Shown here: one piece after another, positions 9,037 to 18,802 of the stretch
Numbering within the stretch: position 1 is the stretch's first letter
Layout of the letters: every line of letters begins with the position of its first letter
Origin: a virus
Length of the DNA: 64,000 nt
Reading direction: 5' to 3' (one strand)
Virus record (IMG/VR): IMGVR_UViG_3300022902_000006
Translations under genes and position numbers: made by a program
The notes under the pieces: model-generated
What the model was told of the DNA's origin: nothing
Databases searched by the model: none
What the model saw: only the letters and a program-made list of their open reading frames with translations

Positions 9037-10617
9037 TCAAGGGCTGAAGTACATCCCTCGTGTCACCATCAGTGCACTGTCCTCTTCGTCCGTTATGTTC
9101 ATGAAGGGAAAACCCCTCCAATCCTTCAGGTAGCGAAAGAGATCGTCGAAGTCATAGATCCGGTGCTCGTCAGTCTCTTTCGTGGTCATCACAACAATTT
9201 CCACCGGCCCCGTATCGTGCCTCGACATCTCAACATGGTGCATTTCAGGTTGGCACACAGCGAAGCCACTCTTGTAGCTACACGTGTATGGCCTTCCGTG
9301 TATTAACGACGAGACGCACAACCACAGCGCGAACTTCGAGTGCACCAACAGATCTTTGGTTGCCGGTGCTTGTGCCCACTCTGCATCCAACCTCCGCTGC
9401 ATGTCAGCGGGGAGCCACGCATACAGTCGCCGGTAGCTGGAAAACTTCAGTGCGTCCTCGTGGTACGCAGACACGCTGTCGCGGCGCACGTAGGCATTCA
9501 GAGGGAGTATCCCATCACCGTACAGCGACGCGGGGTTGCGCACTTGACTCAGCGTCCACCAGCACTGCCTGTTCGTCTCGGGATTTTGCTTTTTGAAAGA
9601 CACCCCAGCGACCTGTGCAAAGCACCATATCTGGCGCAGCGTCCATGAGGTGTGACACCTCTTCAAGATACCTTGCACGGTGCTCATTATGTAACGGGTA
9701 GCGTGTTCATCAGTCCAACGCTTATGCTTACATCCGCGCGACGCCCAGGGGGTACAGGGGGACCCAAATACGCCAGGTTTAACGACATACGCACTAAAGA
9801 TGCAGTTACTGCATTCCTCCCGATGCATCTTTCGGGTTTCTGCCGCGCTGACCGCATTGGCACTGCGCGCTGCCCACGCTTCGTCAACACCAGTAAAGTC
9901 CGCGTGTACAGGCGTGATGAGACCCTTACCCGGCATATCGTGGTCCGGGGTAATGTACTTGGGAGGGATTGCAGTGTACCCAGCGATCTTTGTCTTCCAG
10001 TACCGAACGTCTTCACGCCATTCATCCGCGTCCAGTTCGGAATCGGTGTCTGAGAAATCAGTGCTGATGGGGACTGTAAACAACTCACGCTGAGCCGGAA
10101 CTGCGATGGTGCGGATGTATTTACGCTGTAAATTGTTGTTGAAGCACTCTGACGTTGACCGGATGGGGCACCCTTCACAGGCAGCAACAGCGTACAACTG
10201 CCTACAGTATTGCCGTATGTCGTCCCCTGCGGGGACACACCACACAAAGTCTTTGCGAGCAAAATACATCGCAGCAATACGTAACTGGAGTACGTACGCC
10301 ATGCTCGACCCAACAAACAGCTTGGTCACTTCAAGAGAGTCTTCGGATTCGGCGTTACCGTATCCGGCGCGACGTGCTCCGAATGTCGCACACGTGTACG
10401 CGAAGACCCCATCGGGAAAGTACTTGGTGATGTCTGGATGACGCATCACTCGCGTTATCTCCGTTTCAGACCAGACTGCGTCTTCTCGGTGAAACACGAG
10501 ACCGACCCCTATCCCTTCATGGGGGCGATGGTGTCTTGCGTATCGGGGTGGTCTATCGGTGCACAGCGTAACCATGAGAGGGGGTATGGGCCTCGACTTC
10601 AGGATGCTATCAGGCAT
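9037..10617 (-). CDS. Unknown Cys-rich 526-aa protein coupled to the RT (candidate retron effector/partner)
   Basis: Likely ATG at 10617 overlaps the RT stop (ATGCCTGA). CEGC and CSNC pairs; no family recognised. Confidence 0.6.
   Translation of the reverse strand: MPDSILKSRPIPPLMVTLCTDRPPRYARHHRPHEGIGVGLVFHREDAVWSETEITRVMRHPDITKYFPDGVFAYTCATFGARRAGYGNAESEDSLEVTKLFVGSSMAYVLQLRIAAMYFARKDFVWCVPAGDDIRQYCRQLYAVAACEGCPIRSTSECFNNNLQRKYIRTIAVPAQRELFTVPISTDFSDTDSELDADEWREDVRYWKTKIAGYTAIPPKYITPDHDMPGKGLITPVHADFTGVDEAWAARSANAVSAAETRKMHREECSNCIFSAYVVKPGVFGSPCTPWASRGCKHKRWTDEHATRYIMSTVQGILKRCHTSWTLRQIWCFAQVAGVSFKKQNPETNRQCWWTLSQVRNPASLYGDGILPLNAYVRRDSVSAYHEDALKFSSYRRLYAWLPADMQRRLDAEWAQAPATKDLLVHSKFALWLCVSSLIHGRPYTCSYKSGFAVCQPEMHHVEMSRHDTGPVEIVVMTTKETDEHRIYDFDDLFRYLKDWRGFPFMNITDEEDSALMVTRGMYFSP
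10120..10132. repeat. TTTAC-N3-GTAAA palindrome
   Basis: TTTACGCTGTAAA. Confidence 0.8.
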
Positions 10618-11698
10618 CCGGAGGACACTGTACTTGTATTGCACGATCCAGTTGTCTGCGCAGGTTCGAAGCGCGCTTCGGGTTGATACCGTGGAAGTAG
10701 TTAATCTTCCCATCCAGGTGCGCGATGAACGACCCCACCAATGCGTCTTCCGCCTCCAACGCCATGTTGTCAGGGTCAAACCCGTAACGCACAGCGTTGA
10801 CCGCGAAGCCGTGGTGGAGACAGTTGTGCAGGAGCGCACGGTAGCGCCTGTACTCATACTTCGGAATGTTGGGATGCACGTTGCAGACCATGCCCAACAT
10901 ACGCTGCTGCGCGGGCTGACGCTGCACTCTACGCTTCTTGCGGTGCTCTCGGTACTCACCACCCTGGACGAGCTTGACCACGGCGTCGATGATGTGCTGA
11001 ATCTCATCCCGTGTTTTCTTGTCAGGGTGAGAGATGGTCAGGTCATCAGCGTAACGTGTGTACACCCACCCAGACCCCTTCAAGAAATTCAGGACGGGAA
11101 CGTCGATGGCCTCCTGCGCCATGAGGTTGCACAACGTAGGTGACGCAGGTGACCCCTGGGGGGTGTAGTGCCTCAAGCGGAGTTCCCCTTTCATCTTCGG
11201 AGAGGCGATGCGCTCCCCGACGGTACAGAGGTCCGCAATCATGCTGCACACGCGGTGGTCGTAGCCAAACGTACGCTTCAGGAAATTACGCACTCGTGCC
11301 CGGGAGTGCGAAGGGAAGAAGTCCTGAATGTCCAGCGCGATACGGACGTAGTGCCCTGCATGGCGCTCAACGCTGTAACGACACCCGATACCGGGGCGGT
11401 ACGCGCCAACGCTGTCACCCATGTGCTGGGTGCGTAGTAGAACGAAATCAATCTGCTTCTGTACGTACTTCAACCGCGCTTCGGGAGCGTGGATGATCCG
11501 CTTACCCCCAGACTTCTTGGGAATGCTAAACCGCTTATAGAGGTCTTGCTTCGTCGTAATGAGGTACCACAGTGTACGACATCGCACACCGAGGTGCATG
11601 GCCAGGGAGAAGTCATCAAGGACGTACGGCACGTTCTCCGGGGGTAGTGCCCCAGGGATCGGGATGATGTCGGCTGTTGTATCTTTGTAACTACTCAC
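10610..11698 (-). CDS. Retron-type reverse transcriptase
   Basis: FSIPKKSGGKRIIHAP, LDIQDFFPS, TPQGSPASP, YTRYADDLTIS, and retron-like thumb RRYRALLHN. SD AGGAGG before GTG. Confidence 0.93.
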   Translation of the reverse strand: MSSYKDTTADIIPIPGALPPENVPYVLDDFSLAMHLGVRCRTLWYLITTKQDLYKRFSIPKKSGGKRIIHAPEARLKYVQKQIDFVLLRTQHMGDSVGAYRPGIGCRYSVERHAGHYVRIALDIQDFFPSHSRARVRNFLKRTFGYDHRVCSMIADLCTVGERIASPKMKGELRLRHYTPQGSPASPTLCNLMAQEAIDVPVLNFLKGSGWVYTRYADDLTISHPDKKTRDEIQHIIDAVVKLVQGGEYREHRKKRRVQRQPAQQRMLGMVCNVHPNIPKYEYRRYRALLHNCLHHGFAVNAVRYGFDPDNMALEAEDALVGSFIAHLDGKINYFHGINPKRASNLRRQLDRAIQVQCPPDA

Positions 11699-12317
11699 TG
11701 GGCACCTCCTCCTCAGCAGGAGTGGTGATGTTCCCTGGCCGGATCACCAGGTTGGTGTAGCACGCTGCGCTTCCGAGTTGACATTTACCCTGGAGGCGTA
11801 GCATGCCGCGAGGGCACGCACGGCAGATGGGGCGCACTGGACCTTTCGGAGAGAACAGAATGGTGTCAGGAGTGAACAGGTGTTCGAATGTGTTGGTATT
11901 CTCTTTGCCCTGGTGGCGCGTCGCGGTGATGTAAGCCGGAATCTTGTTTCCACGGGGCGCGTTATGTTTCTTACGCCGTTGCTCTAACCCCATTACTGGA
12001 ATCACCAAGAAGTGATCCTGCGCATTCTGCAACACGCGATTTACGTTCGTTGACACTACGCGGTGTGGGCGCCCTGGATTAGGAAACCGTTCTGCGTATT
12101 GCACGGTGTCAATCAATTTCAGCAGAGTCTGGATCAGAGGTGTAATGGTGAAGCAGAGTGACCAGGGAAACAACCGGGGTATCACACCCCCGTGTCCCAC
12201 AGGGACTAAGTAGATGAGGTCGAAGGGGAACTTCTTCACAATCTTTTGGTCTACACGTACTTTGAGAATCTCGTCGGGAGTTATACGCGTCGGAGACGCA
12301 TTACTGCGCGGGCACAT
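11691..12317 (-). CDS. Hypothetical protein with C-terminal Cys cluster, overlapping the RT start
   Basis: 8-nt overlap with the RT and 17-nt overlap with the VWA gene; CRAC...C...C motif. Confidence 0.6.
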   Translation of the reverse strand: MCPRSNASPTRITPDEILKVRVDQKIVKKFPFDLIYLVPVGHGGVIPRLFPWSLCFTITPLIQTLLKLIDTVQYAERFPNPGRPHRVVSTNVNRVLQNAQDHFLVIPVMGLEQRRKKHNAPRGNKIPAYITATRHQGKENTNTFEHLFTPDTILFSPKGPVRPICRACPRGMLRLQGKCQLGSAACYTNLVIRPGNITTPAEEEVPSE

Positions 12318-13668
12318 TTTCCATCGGGAGGTGAAGGCCGTATCCCGGGGATGGCATCTTGCCCCCCGGAGTTATGAGCCACACCACAGGAATCGGGACA
12401 CGCACCTCGGGCTTCGGCTCGGGTGCGTACCCGTCCGTGGCGTACACCAGGACATCAGGTTTTTGCATACTGGTTTTCAACAGCTCCTTGGTCTTGACGA
12501 ACACGGGGTCAAAATCAGTACCACCCCGTCCCACCATATCGAAGTCGATATCACTCACCGACTCCGCCGGTTTTACATACGCTACCTTTGAATCGCACTG
12601 CATGACCCAGATGTACACATCGCTCTCGCTGGTAGCCAGGGACAGCAGCTCTTCCATGGCCAACTTCAGGTCGTCGTGGGACATGGACCCACTGGTATCG
12701 ATGGCGAAGACGATGGTGAACTTGTTGTCGTACTTCTTCCCAGGGTAGGGCAGGATATCGTCTATCTCGTGCAGCCTCCGATTAGGGCGCTGCATCCCGC
12801 GTGCGGACTTACGCTGTTTGGTACGGATGCACATCCTGCGCAGTAGCACAGGCCAGGGGATCACTGGCGGCTTCAGGAATGCCTCGATGCGCTCCTTCAG
12901 ATAAGCAGGTGTGACACCACGCGCCTTCTCGTGCTGCGCCAGCGCCTTCTCCACGGTATCGCGTGCTTGGTGTCGCAGCTCTTCTGCCATGGACACCAGC
13001 TCTTCGGACGTTCTGCCCTTGATGAATTTGCGCCAGTGCGCGTGGGGGTCCCCACCTCGGCTATCCGTGAACTGGTCACGGAGTTCTTGCTCCGATCCAC
13101 ACCCACCACCTTCACTTCCACCTCCGCCTCCGCTCCGCTGGTCCAACTGCTGCAGCAGACCAAACTGATACACCTCGTAGGGTTGAGCGCGTGGCATCTT
13201 GTACGTCTCAGGAGTCAGGAACAGGCGCCCGTCTGTCTTATCGGACCCAAAGAACCAGTCCTTGTACTTGTCATCGAAGCCTGGCTCCAGGCGCATGACT
13301 TCATTGGTGGCGAGATCCGCAGCGATGTTCTGCACCGCCTTGAACCGCGCTTTCTCTTTCTTCGTGCGCAGCGTACTCATCAACTCCACGCACCGGGGAA
13401 TGTGGTCGTTCAGGATGTGAATCAGTTCATGTGTGAAAGTGAGCAGCAACTCCTGCAGAGGCATCTTCGAGACCATATCTTCGTCGTAGAAGAGGCACAT
13501 ACGCCCCTCTTTGCTGACACCCACACCCATGGTACCGAAACCAGGGACGTTGACACGGTGCAGCGCTTCAATGACGCTCGCGGCCAAACTGCGGAACTGC
13601 GGCTGTAGCCAGTACATAATAACATCACCCAGACGTTGTCCATCTGCGTCCGGGAGTGGCATACTCAA
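12301..13668 (-). CDS. DUF2201-like metallopeptidase-VWA domain protein (alternative ATG at 13662)
   Basis: HELIH (HExxH); C-terminal VWA MIDAS motifs AIDTSGSMS, GGTDF and TDGY. Confidence 0.85.
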   Translation of the reverse strand: MSMPLPDADGQRLGDVIMYWLQPQFRSLAASVIEALHRVNVPGFGTMGVGVSKEGRMCLFYDEDMVSKMPLQELLLTFTHELIHILNDHIPRCVELMSTLRTKKEKARFKAVQNIAADLATNEVMRLEPGFDDKYKDWFFGSDKTDGRLFLTPETYKMPRAQPYEVYQFGLLQQLDQRSGGGGGSEGGGCGSEQELRDQFTDSRGGDPHAHWRKFIKGRTSEELVSMAEELRHQARDTVEKALAQHEKARGVTPAYLKERIEAFLKPPVIPWPVLLRRMCIRTKQRKSARGMQRPNRRLHEIDDILPYPGKKYDNKFTIVFAIDTSGSMSHDDLKLAMEELLSLATSESDVYIWVMQCDSKVAYVKPAESVSDIDFDMVGRGGTDFDPVFVKTKELLKTSMQKPDVLVYATDGYAPEPKPEVRVPIPVVWLITPGGKMPSPGYGLHLPMENVPAQ

Positions 13669-13700
13669 GGTTCACCTCTTGTGGTTTGAGGGTTGTTTGC

Positions 13701-13712
13701 TTACAATATAGT
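13701..13712. promoter_or_regulatory. Overlapping divergent -10-like boxes
   Basis: TTACAATATAGT gives TATAGT/TACAAT on + and TATATT on -, between two divergent starts that both have SD sequences. Confidence 0.4.
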
Positions 13713-13733
13713 AACTTTTCCGGGAGAGTAGCA

Positions 13734-14744
13734 GTGAGAGACCAATTCCACGACCCAGCACACGCACACCTCTACGCCCTCCTCGAAGGGCAAGAAGAAG
13801 TAAAGACATTTGCAAAGCACGCCGAGCTGGATGTCGCAAAGGCTGAAACGCTGCCCGCCGGTGCCTTCGCGTGGCCGTCCAAACGCATGTATCCGGTGAA
13901 CACCCCGGAGAACACGGTGCTTTCTGTGATGTACCGTGACAAGTCCGCGTCTGCGGTCCCCCCGGAAGTCGACGCAGCGCTGAGCACCGCCTGCGAGATT
14001 TACGGCGTAAATGACCTACTCAGTCGTGCCCGTGTCGTGGGTGCTGCTCGCCACCAGGAGAAGATCGCCTCAGTGCAAGACGACGCGGTGTGGATCCTCC
14101 CGGGCCTAAAACGCCTCCGGGTCAAGACCGCCTCCGACCTTCAGCAGGCCGAGACACTCCTGCTCAAGCAGTACAACAAGCTGGCCCTGAATGACCGCGT
14201 GGAAGGTTTTGTCAATCTCGTGAAGACTGCACGGGACTTGGGCGTGACCCTGCACCCCCTGACCCACCGCATGGCGGGCATGACAGTGTGCACCGCAGAG
14301 AAGACCGCTGAACTCATCGAGGGACGGCGCTGCGCCGTGAAGGACCCCCTATTCAAGCAGGCGTACTCCCGGCTGGGTGGTGCGTTCCGTGAGAGGGGCG
14401 GCATCATCAGGGACCGTGAGGAACTCGTCAAGGCCGCATCTGCGCTGGCGACCATCGACAGCAACGCAGGCATCGCCCACCAGTATGGCACCACCATTCC
14501 CGACCCCATGCTCACTGTCTTCAGCGAGAAGCAGGCCGAGGACGTGGTGAACCTGGATGGTTCCGAAATCCCACTGACCACACTGCTCGGCCTCCCCGTG
14601 ACATTCTGGGAAGACCTCCTGGGGCCTGAGATCAGTGCAGAGATTGCACCTGATGGCGCCGTGGACCCACAAAAGCTGCAAGAGGTGCTCCCCACGCTGC
14701 CCCTGGACCTCCGCATCGCCTTGAAAGCCCAGCTCCCCTCGTAA
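13734..14744 (+). CDS. Putative head/virion protein with K-x-A motifs
   Basis: SD GGGAG before GTG 13734. EKIA, VKTA, EKTA and EKQA motifs like those in the head-gene cluster. Confidence 0.55.
   Translation: MRDQFHDPAHAHLYALLEGQEEVKTFAKHAELDVAKAETLPAGAFAWPSKRMYPVNTPENTVLSVMYRDKSASAVPPEVDAALSTACEIYGVNDLLSRARVVGAARHQEKIASVQDDAVWILPGLKRLRVKTASDLQQAETLLLKQYNKLALNDRVEGFVNLVKTARDLGVTLHPLTHRMAGMTVCTAEKTAELIEGRRCAVKDPLFKQAYSRLGGAFRERGGIIRDREELVKAASALATIDSNAGIAHQYGTTIPDPMLTVFSEKQAEDVVNLDGSEIPLTTLLGLPVTFWEDLLGPEISAEIAPDGAVDPQKLQEVLPTLPLDLRIALKAQLPS
13999..14011. repeat. TTTAC-N3-GTAAA palindrome
   Basis: TTTACGGCGTAAA. Confidence 0.85.
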
Positions 14745-14748
14745 CCCT

Positions 14749-15414
14749 ATGACCTTTGCACAGGCACTGCAGAGCGCAGCCCGGCGACGACGTACTGTTG
14801 CCCCGGGGACCGAAGCAGCCACACTCCAAGACCCCGAAGCACCAGCCACCGCCTGCTTTGAGGCTGTACAAGCCCTGCTCGGGAAGGCGAGCCTCAACTG
14901 GGAGCCAGAATCCCTGTGGCTGACGCTGGAGAGGGAGCACAGCGTTGACGTGCCTCTACCCAACCGGGCGAAGATCCTCGCAGCCAATACCCTGGTACTT
15001 GTGCCTGCCTTCTGGTGGGAGGTACACGCCTTCATGCACACCATCTCAGCGTTCAGCGGACACGTCACAGATAGTCGCGAAATCTTCGAAGCAACACCCG
15101 GAGAGCTGGCCTGGGGCGTCTTTGAGGCAGAGCTGCTGTTTCAACAGTCCTCCGACATCCAAGCACAGCCAGAGTTCGACCGCGAACCCACGCTGTACGT
15201 CGCACAGCTACTCCACGACCAGGGATTCAGTGAAACACCCGTGCTTCTCGACTTCGCACAACCAGCATTGAACGCCCTCGTCCGAAGCAACAAACCCAAC
15301 GAGGGCGTCCAAAAGGCCAAGCGCCAAGGGGTACAGGAGTACGTCCTAGAACAGCTACGTGTGTACCAGCTCTTTACGTCGCCAGCGCATCCGGGCTTCC
15401 CGCCGACTGCTTGA
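14749..15414 (+). CDS. Hypothetical protein
   Basis: Follows the upstream gene by 4 nt; convergent overlap with the AAA gene. Confidence 0.55.
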   Translation: MTFAQALQSAARRRRTVAPGTEAATLQDPEAPATACFEAVQALLGKASLNWEPESLWLTLEREHSVDVPLPNRAKILAANTLVLVPAFWWEVHAFMHTISAFSGHVTDSREIFEATPGELAWGVFEAELLFQQSSDIQAQPEFDREPTLYVAQLLHDQGFSETPVLLDFAQPALNALVRSNKPNEGVQKAKRQGVQEYVLEQLRVYQLFTSPAHPGFPPTA

Positions 15415-16792
15415 TGCGCGCCTGCGCTTCCGCAATCTTGGTGAACAGCCGCTCGAAGGACTTCTCCGTGCTCAACGCCTGACTGATGCTGTAGATGTAG
15501 TCGTTGCTCTTCCCACCAATCTCCTCCGCCGCTGCCGTTAGTTTGGACACGATGAAGGACACCGCTGCGTCAGACGGGAGGTCCCCCATGAAGCGACCCA
15601 GGTTGCCCTTCACCTTCTGCGGGTCAGGGTTGGAGGTCATGAGTTCCACTGCCACGCCGGTGCACACCTCACTGATGACGTCGCTGCGCCCTTCCTCCAG
15701 CATGGCCAACACCTTCTTGCGGGCACGCCCCTTGGTGCTGTACTCGTACACGATCTCACTGGGAGTGATGAGGCTCGCCTTGTTCTTGACGAACTCCAAG
15801 AAGCGCACAGCGGGGGTGCGCCCAATGAGACCTTGCATGGTGGTGGAGAGCGCTCGGTTAGCGTGAATGTCTTCACGCAGCTTGTCAGCAGTCTTGCACA
15901 GGTCGCTCACCGCTTCCCAACCTGCCGGGGAGGGGTACTGCTTACCTGCGTCACGAAGAGCCGAGTCGTGCAGCTCCTTGCCCGAGGATTTGATGTACTC
16001 AACAACCAGGGGGTGGAAGTCGCCCTCACCCTGTGCGTAATTGACCCAGGAAGCGGCGTTGATGTTCACGGGGAGGAAGCAGATGCGGCGGCGAAACGCC
16101 GGGTCACGCTCAGGCTCAGAGACGGAGTACGCAGCGCCGCTGGGGTTCATCGCGCACACCACCTGGATGCCCTCGGGGATGGTGTAGGAGTGGATGCGCC
16201 GATCGCCGAGCAGGGTGAAGAACACCTTGATGACTCCCATGTCAGCGCGATTCCACTCGTCGAAGAAGAGGAGACCCTCGGGTGGCAAGTTCAGGAGATC
16301 GTTCTGCAGCAGGAACTCGAAGGCACCCTCATCCTTTGTGCCCAACGTCCGGATGTGTTCCATAGTCAGAGCGATTTGTACCTCTGCCTCTGCGACGTTG
16401 TCAGCAGCCTCGGTACCGTTGCCCTGCGCGAGGTAGTAGTTCTTCACGTCCATCCAACGCGTAACCTGCTCAAGCAGGCGTGCCCTACGCGCAGACGCTG
16501 GAGCGGGAATGGCCACATCCTCGGGCTGCAAGTGCTGCAAGTTCTTCTCAATGCACGGGACTGATGTTTCCCACAGCTTTCCGTTCCAGTGGAAAGGCTC
16601 CGCTGGCACGCGACTCTCTGCGACCTGCCTGCAGATGTCCGTCTTACCCATTCCGGAGGTACCAGTGAGGCAGCAAACGCTGCGGTGGTTGTACCTGTTC
16701 ACCTCGATGACTTCACGCGCAGTGGTCAATCCAACTGCGGGGACACCCATCTTCTGGTGAAACTGATCTTCACGAACTTCTCGGTCAGCCAT
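15374..16792 (-). CDS. MoxR/AAA_5-like AAA+ ATPase
   Basis: Walker A GTSGMGKT, Walker B LFFDEWNRA, sensor CAMNP, arginine finger DPAFRRR. Confidence 0.88.
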   Translation of the reverse strand: MADREVREDQFHQKMGVPAVGLTTAREVIEVNRYNHRSVCCLTGTSGMGKTDICRQVAESRVPAEPFHWNGKLWETSVPCIEKNLQHLQPEDVAIPAPASARRARLLEQVTRWMDVKNYYLAQGNGTEAADNVAEAEVQIALTMEHIRTLGTKDEGAFEFLLQNDLLNLPPEGLLFFDEWNRADMGVIKVFFTLLGDRRIHSYTIPEGIQVVCAMNPSGAAYSVSEPERDPAFRRRICFLPVNINAASWVNYAQGEGDFHPLVVEYIKSSGKELHDSALRDAGKQYPSPAGWEAVSDLCKTADKLREDIHANRALSTTMQGLIGRTPAVRFLEFVKNKASLITPSEIVYEYSTKGRARKKVLAMLEEGRSDVISEVCTGVAVELMTSNPDPQKVKGNLGRFMGDLPSDAAVSFIVSKLTAAAEEIGGKSNDYIYSISQALSTEKSFERLFTKIAEAQARIKQSAGSPDALAT

Positions 16793-16805
16793 TTATCCTC
16801 TTCCT

Positions 16806-17225
16806 CTATATCCATTGGTTGTCAGGATGACGATGGTCTACGTGGTCTCCATCCAGGGGCACAGACGCGAGGTACGCCTTGGTGTCTGGAGCAAGAACCG
16901 CATTGATTGCACACACAACATTGGCAGCATCCGCACCGTTGGGTAGGTCCATCTTTCCTTGCAGGTACCCCTTGTTGATACGCCCTGTGGGGTAAGGTAG
17001 ACGAAGACACCCTTTGCCTTCAATAGCTAGAATCACGCGTCGGTTTCCAAAGGGGGTAGCGCCCGCATATTCCACCGCTCGCGTAGGGACAATAAGGATG
17101 TCGTGACATGTTGCTTGTGCTGCAAAATCCATGAACACTACGTGCCCCGCTCTCACTCGCTGATTCAGCAAGGTCAACAAAGGGACGTTCGTAAGCCGTA
17201 CGCAATCAGGTCTTTCCGTTGTCAT
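16806..17225 (-). CDS. Hypothetical protein
   Basis: SD GGAGG before ATG; lies directly upstream of the AAA gene. Confidence 0.55.
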   Translation of the reverse strand: MTTERPDCVRLTNVPLLTLLNQRVRAGHVVFMDFAAQATCHDILIVPTRAVEYAGATPFGNRRVILAIEGKGCLRLPYPTGRINKGYLQGKMDLPNGADAANVVCAINAVLAPDTKAYLASVPLDGDHVDHRHPDNQWI

Positions 17226-17253
17226 CCTCCATATCCTCTAGTATGTTGAATCT

Positions 17254-18801
17254 GTGCAATTTCCTCCACGACTGCGCTCTGAACTAGCGCAGAAATTACT
17301 GTACCTGGACGGGGAGCCCTTCACGCTCCAGGACTATCCGTTCTTCCGTGCCGTGTACGACGGGAACTTTTCTGAGGTCCTCCTCAAATGTGCACGACAG
17401 GTAGCTAAGACCACCACTCTCTGCAACTTCATCATTAGCGAGAGTCTCGGCATCCCCCACTTCAAAAGCCTTTACCTCTCCCCGAGTCAGGAACAAACGC
17501 AGTCGTTTTCCAATACCCGTCTCGGGAAGGTGGTGCACTACTCCCCCATCGTGCGTAGATACTTCTCAGTCTCCGACTTCACGCACCGCACCATGCTTCG
17601 TATGTTTCGTAACGGATCCGAGGTGAAGCTCACCTACGCCACTGATAACCCCGATCGTGCACGCGGCAACTCGGCTGACCGGGTGCTGTACGATGAGGTA
17701 CAGGACATCCTCTACCGCGAGGTCATCCCTGTTGTGAATGAGTGCATGGCGAACTCGTCATACCAGTGTGAGATATACGCGGGCACACCCAAGACGATGG
17801 AAAACACCATCGAATACCTGTGGAGCCTCTCCACGCAGTCGGAGTGGATCATACAGTGCACAGGGTGTGGCAAGCACCAATTCATTGAGGGGGTGCGCTC
17901 GCTAGGAAAACACGGACCCATCTGTTTGCACTGTGGAAAAGGGCTCAACCCGCGCCTGGGCCAGTGGTACGACTTCAATAAAGAATCGACCATGAAAGGC
18001 TTCCACGTCTCCCAGCCCATGCTCCCACTGAACTGCGAGAACCCTCATCGCTGGGGCAAGCTGCTGACCAAGGTAGAGCGTTATCCTGAATCACGCCTCA
18101 AGAATGAGGTGTTCGGTGTCTCCGACGCAATCGGCGCACGCCTGATTAGCAAAGACGAACTGGAGAGTCTGTGTGAAAACTACGACATCTTCCGCACACC
18201 ACCCCCTACAGCCCAGGAACAATTCTCCCATGTTGTAGCGGGGGTCGACTGGTCCGGCGGCGGTGTAACAGGGGTCAGCCGCACTGTCCTTTGGATCTTC
18301 GGCGTTACCAAGGACCACCGACTCAAGACCCTCTACTTTCGGATTTACCCCGTAACCAGCCCGGTCACCATCGTGGACGACATGGTAGAGGTGATGAACA
18401 ACTACCAGGTGGAGCGCGTTGTAGGCGACCGGGGAGAGGGGCACCTGGGCAACGACCAGCTCCGACACAAGATGGGGAAACACCGTGTTACCGAGGTACA
18501 GTACGGAGCACAAGCGAGCGCCATCTCGTGGAACGACTTGGGCAGCTTCTACACCGTGGACCGCACCATTGTAATGGACAATTACTTCATGGTACTGAAG
18601 AGGGGGGCTGTTGTGTACCCCAACCTCTCATACATGACAGTGCCCATCCAAGACATCCTGAACCTCTACGAAGAGGTCACAAAGGTGGGCCGCAAGGTGT
18701 GGCGACACGCGCCTACACAACCTGACGACTCCTACCACGCACAGCTATTCGCCTGGCTTGCTGCAAAGATGATTCTGATGGACCTGTCGTTCAACGGATA
18801 A
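17254..18801 (+). CDS. terL: Terminase large subunit
   Basis: KCARQVAKTT (Walker A), RGNSADRVLYDEVQD (Walker B), AGTPKT, CxxC zinc pairs, nuclease motifs AGVDWS and PDDSYHA. Confidence 0.88.
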   Translation: MQFPPRLRSELAQKLLYLDGEPFTLQDYPFFRAVYDGNFSEVLLKCARQVAKTTTLCNFIISESLGIPHFKSLYLSPSQEQTQSFSNTRLGKVVHYSPIVRRYFSVSDFTHRTMLRMFRNGSEVKLTYATDNPDRARGNSADRVLYDEVQDILYREVIPVVNECMANSSYQCEIYAGTPKTMENTIEYLWSLSTQSEWIIQCTGCGKHQFIEGVRSLGKHGPICLHCGKGLNPRLGQWYDFNKESTMKGFHVSQPMLPLNCENPHRWGKLLTKVERYPESRLKNEVFGVSDAIGARLISKDELESLCENYDIFRTPPPTAQEQFSHVVAGVDWSGGGVTGVSRTVLWIFGVTKDHRLKTLYFRIYPVTSPVTIVDDMVEVMNNYQVERVVGDRGEGHLGNDQLRHKMGKHRVTEVQYGAQASAISWNDLGSFYTVDRTIVMDNYFMVLKRGAVVYPNLSYMTVPIQDILNLYEEVTKVGRKVWRHAPTQPDDSYHAQLFAWLAAKMILMDLSFNG

Positions 18802-18802
18802 C

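Noticed and set aside
10618-11007. N-terminal extension of ORF 9037-11007 overlapping the RT
   Set aside because: It is an alternate frame inside the RT gene. The ATG at 10617 overlapping the RT stop is the more plausible start.
10610-11698. RT as part of a diversity-generating retroelement or group II intron
   Set aside because: No TR/VR repeat pair or Avd-like gene was seen. There is no maturase/endonuclease domain or interrupted host gene, and the motifs and size are retron-like.
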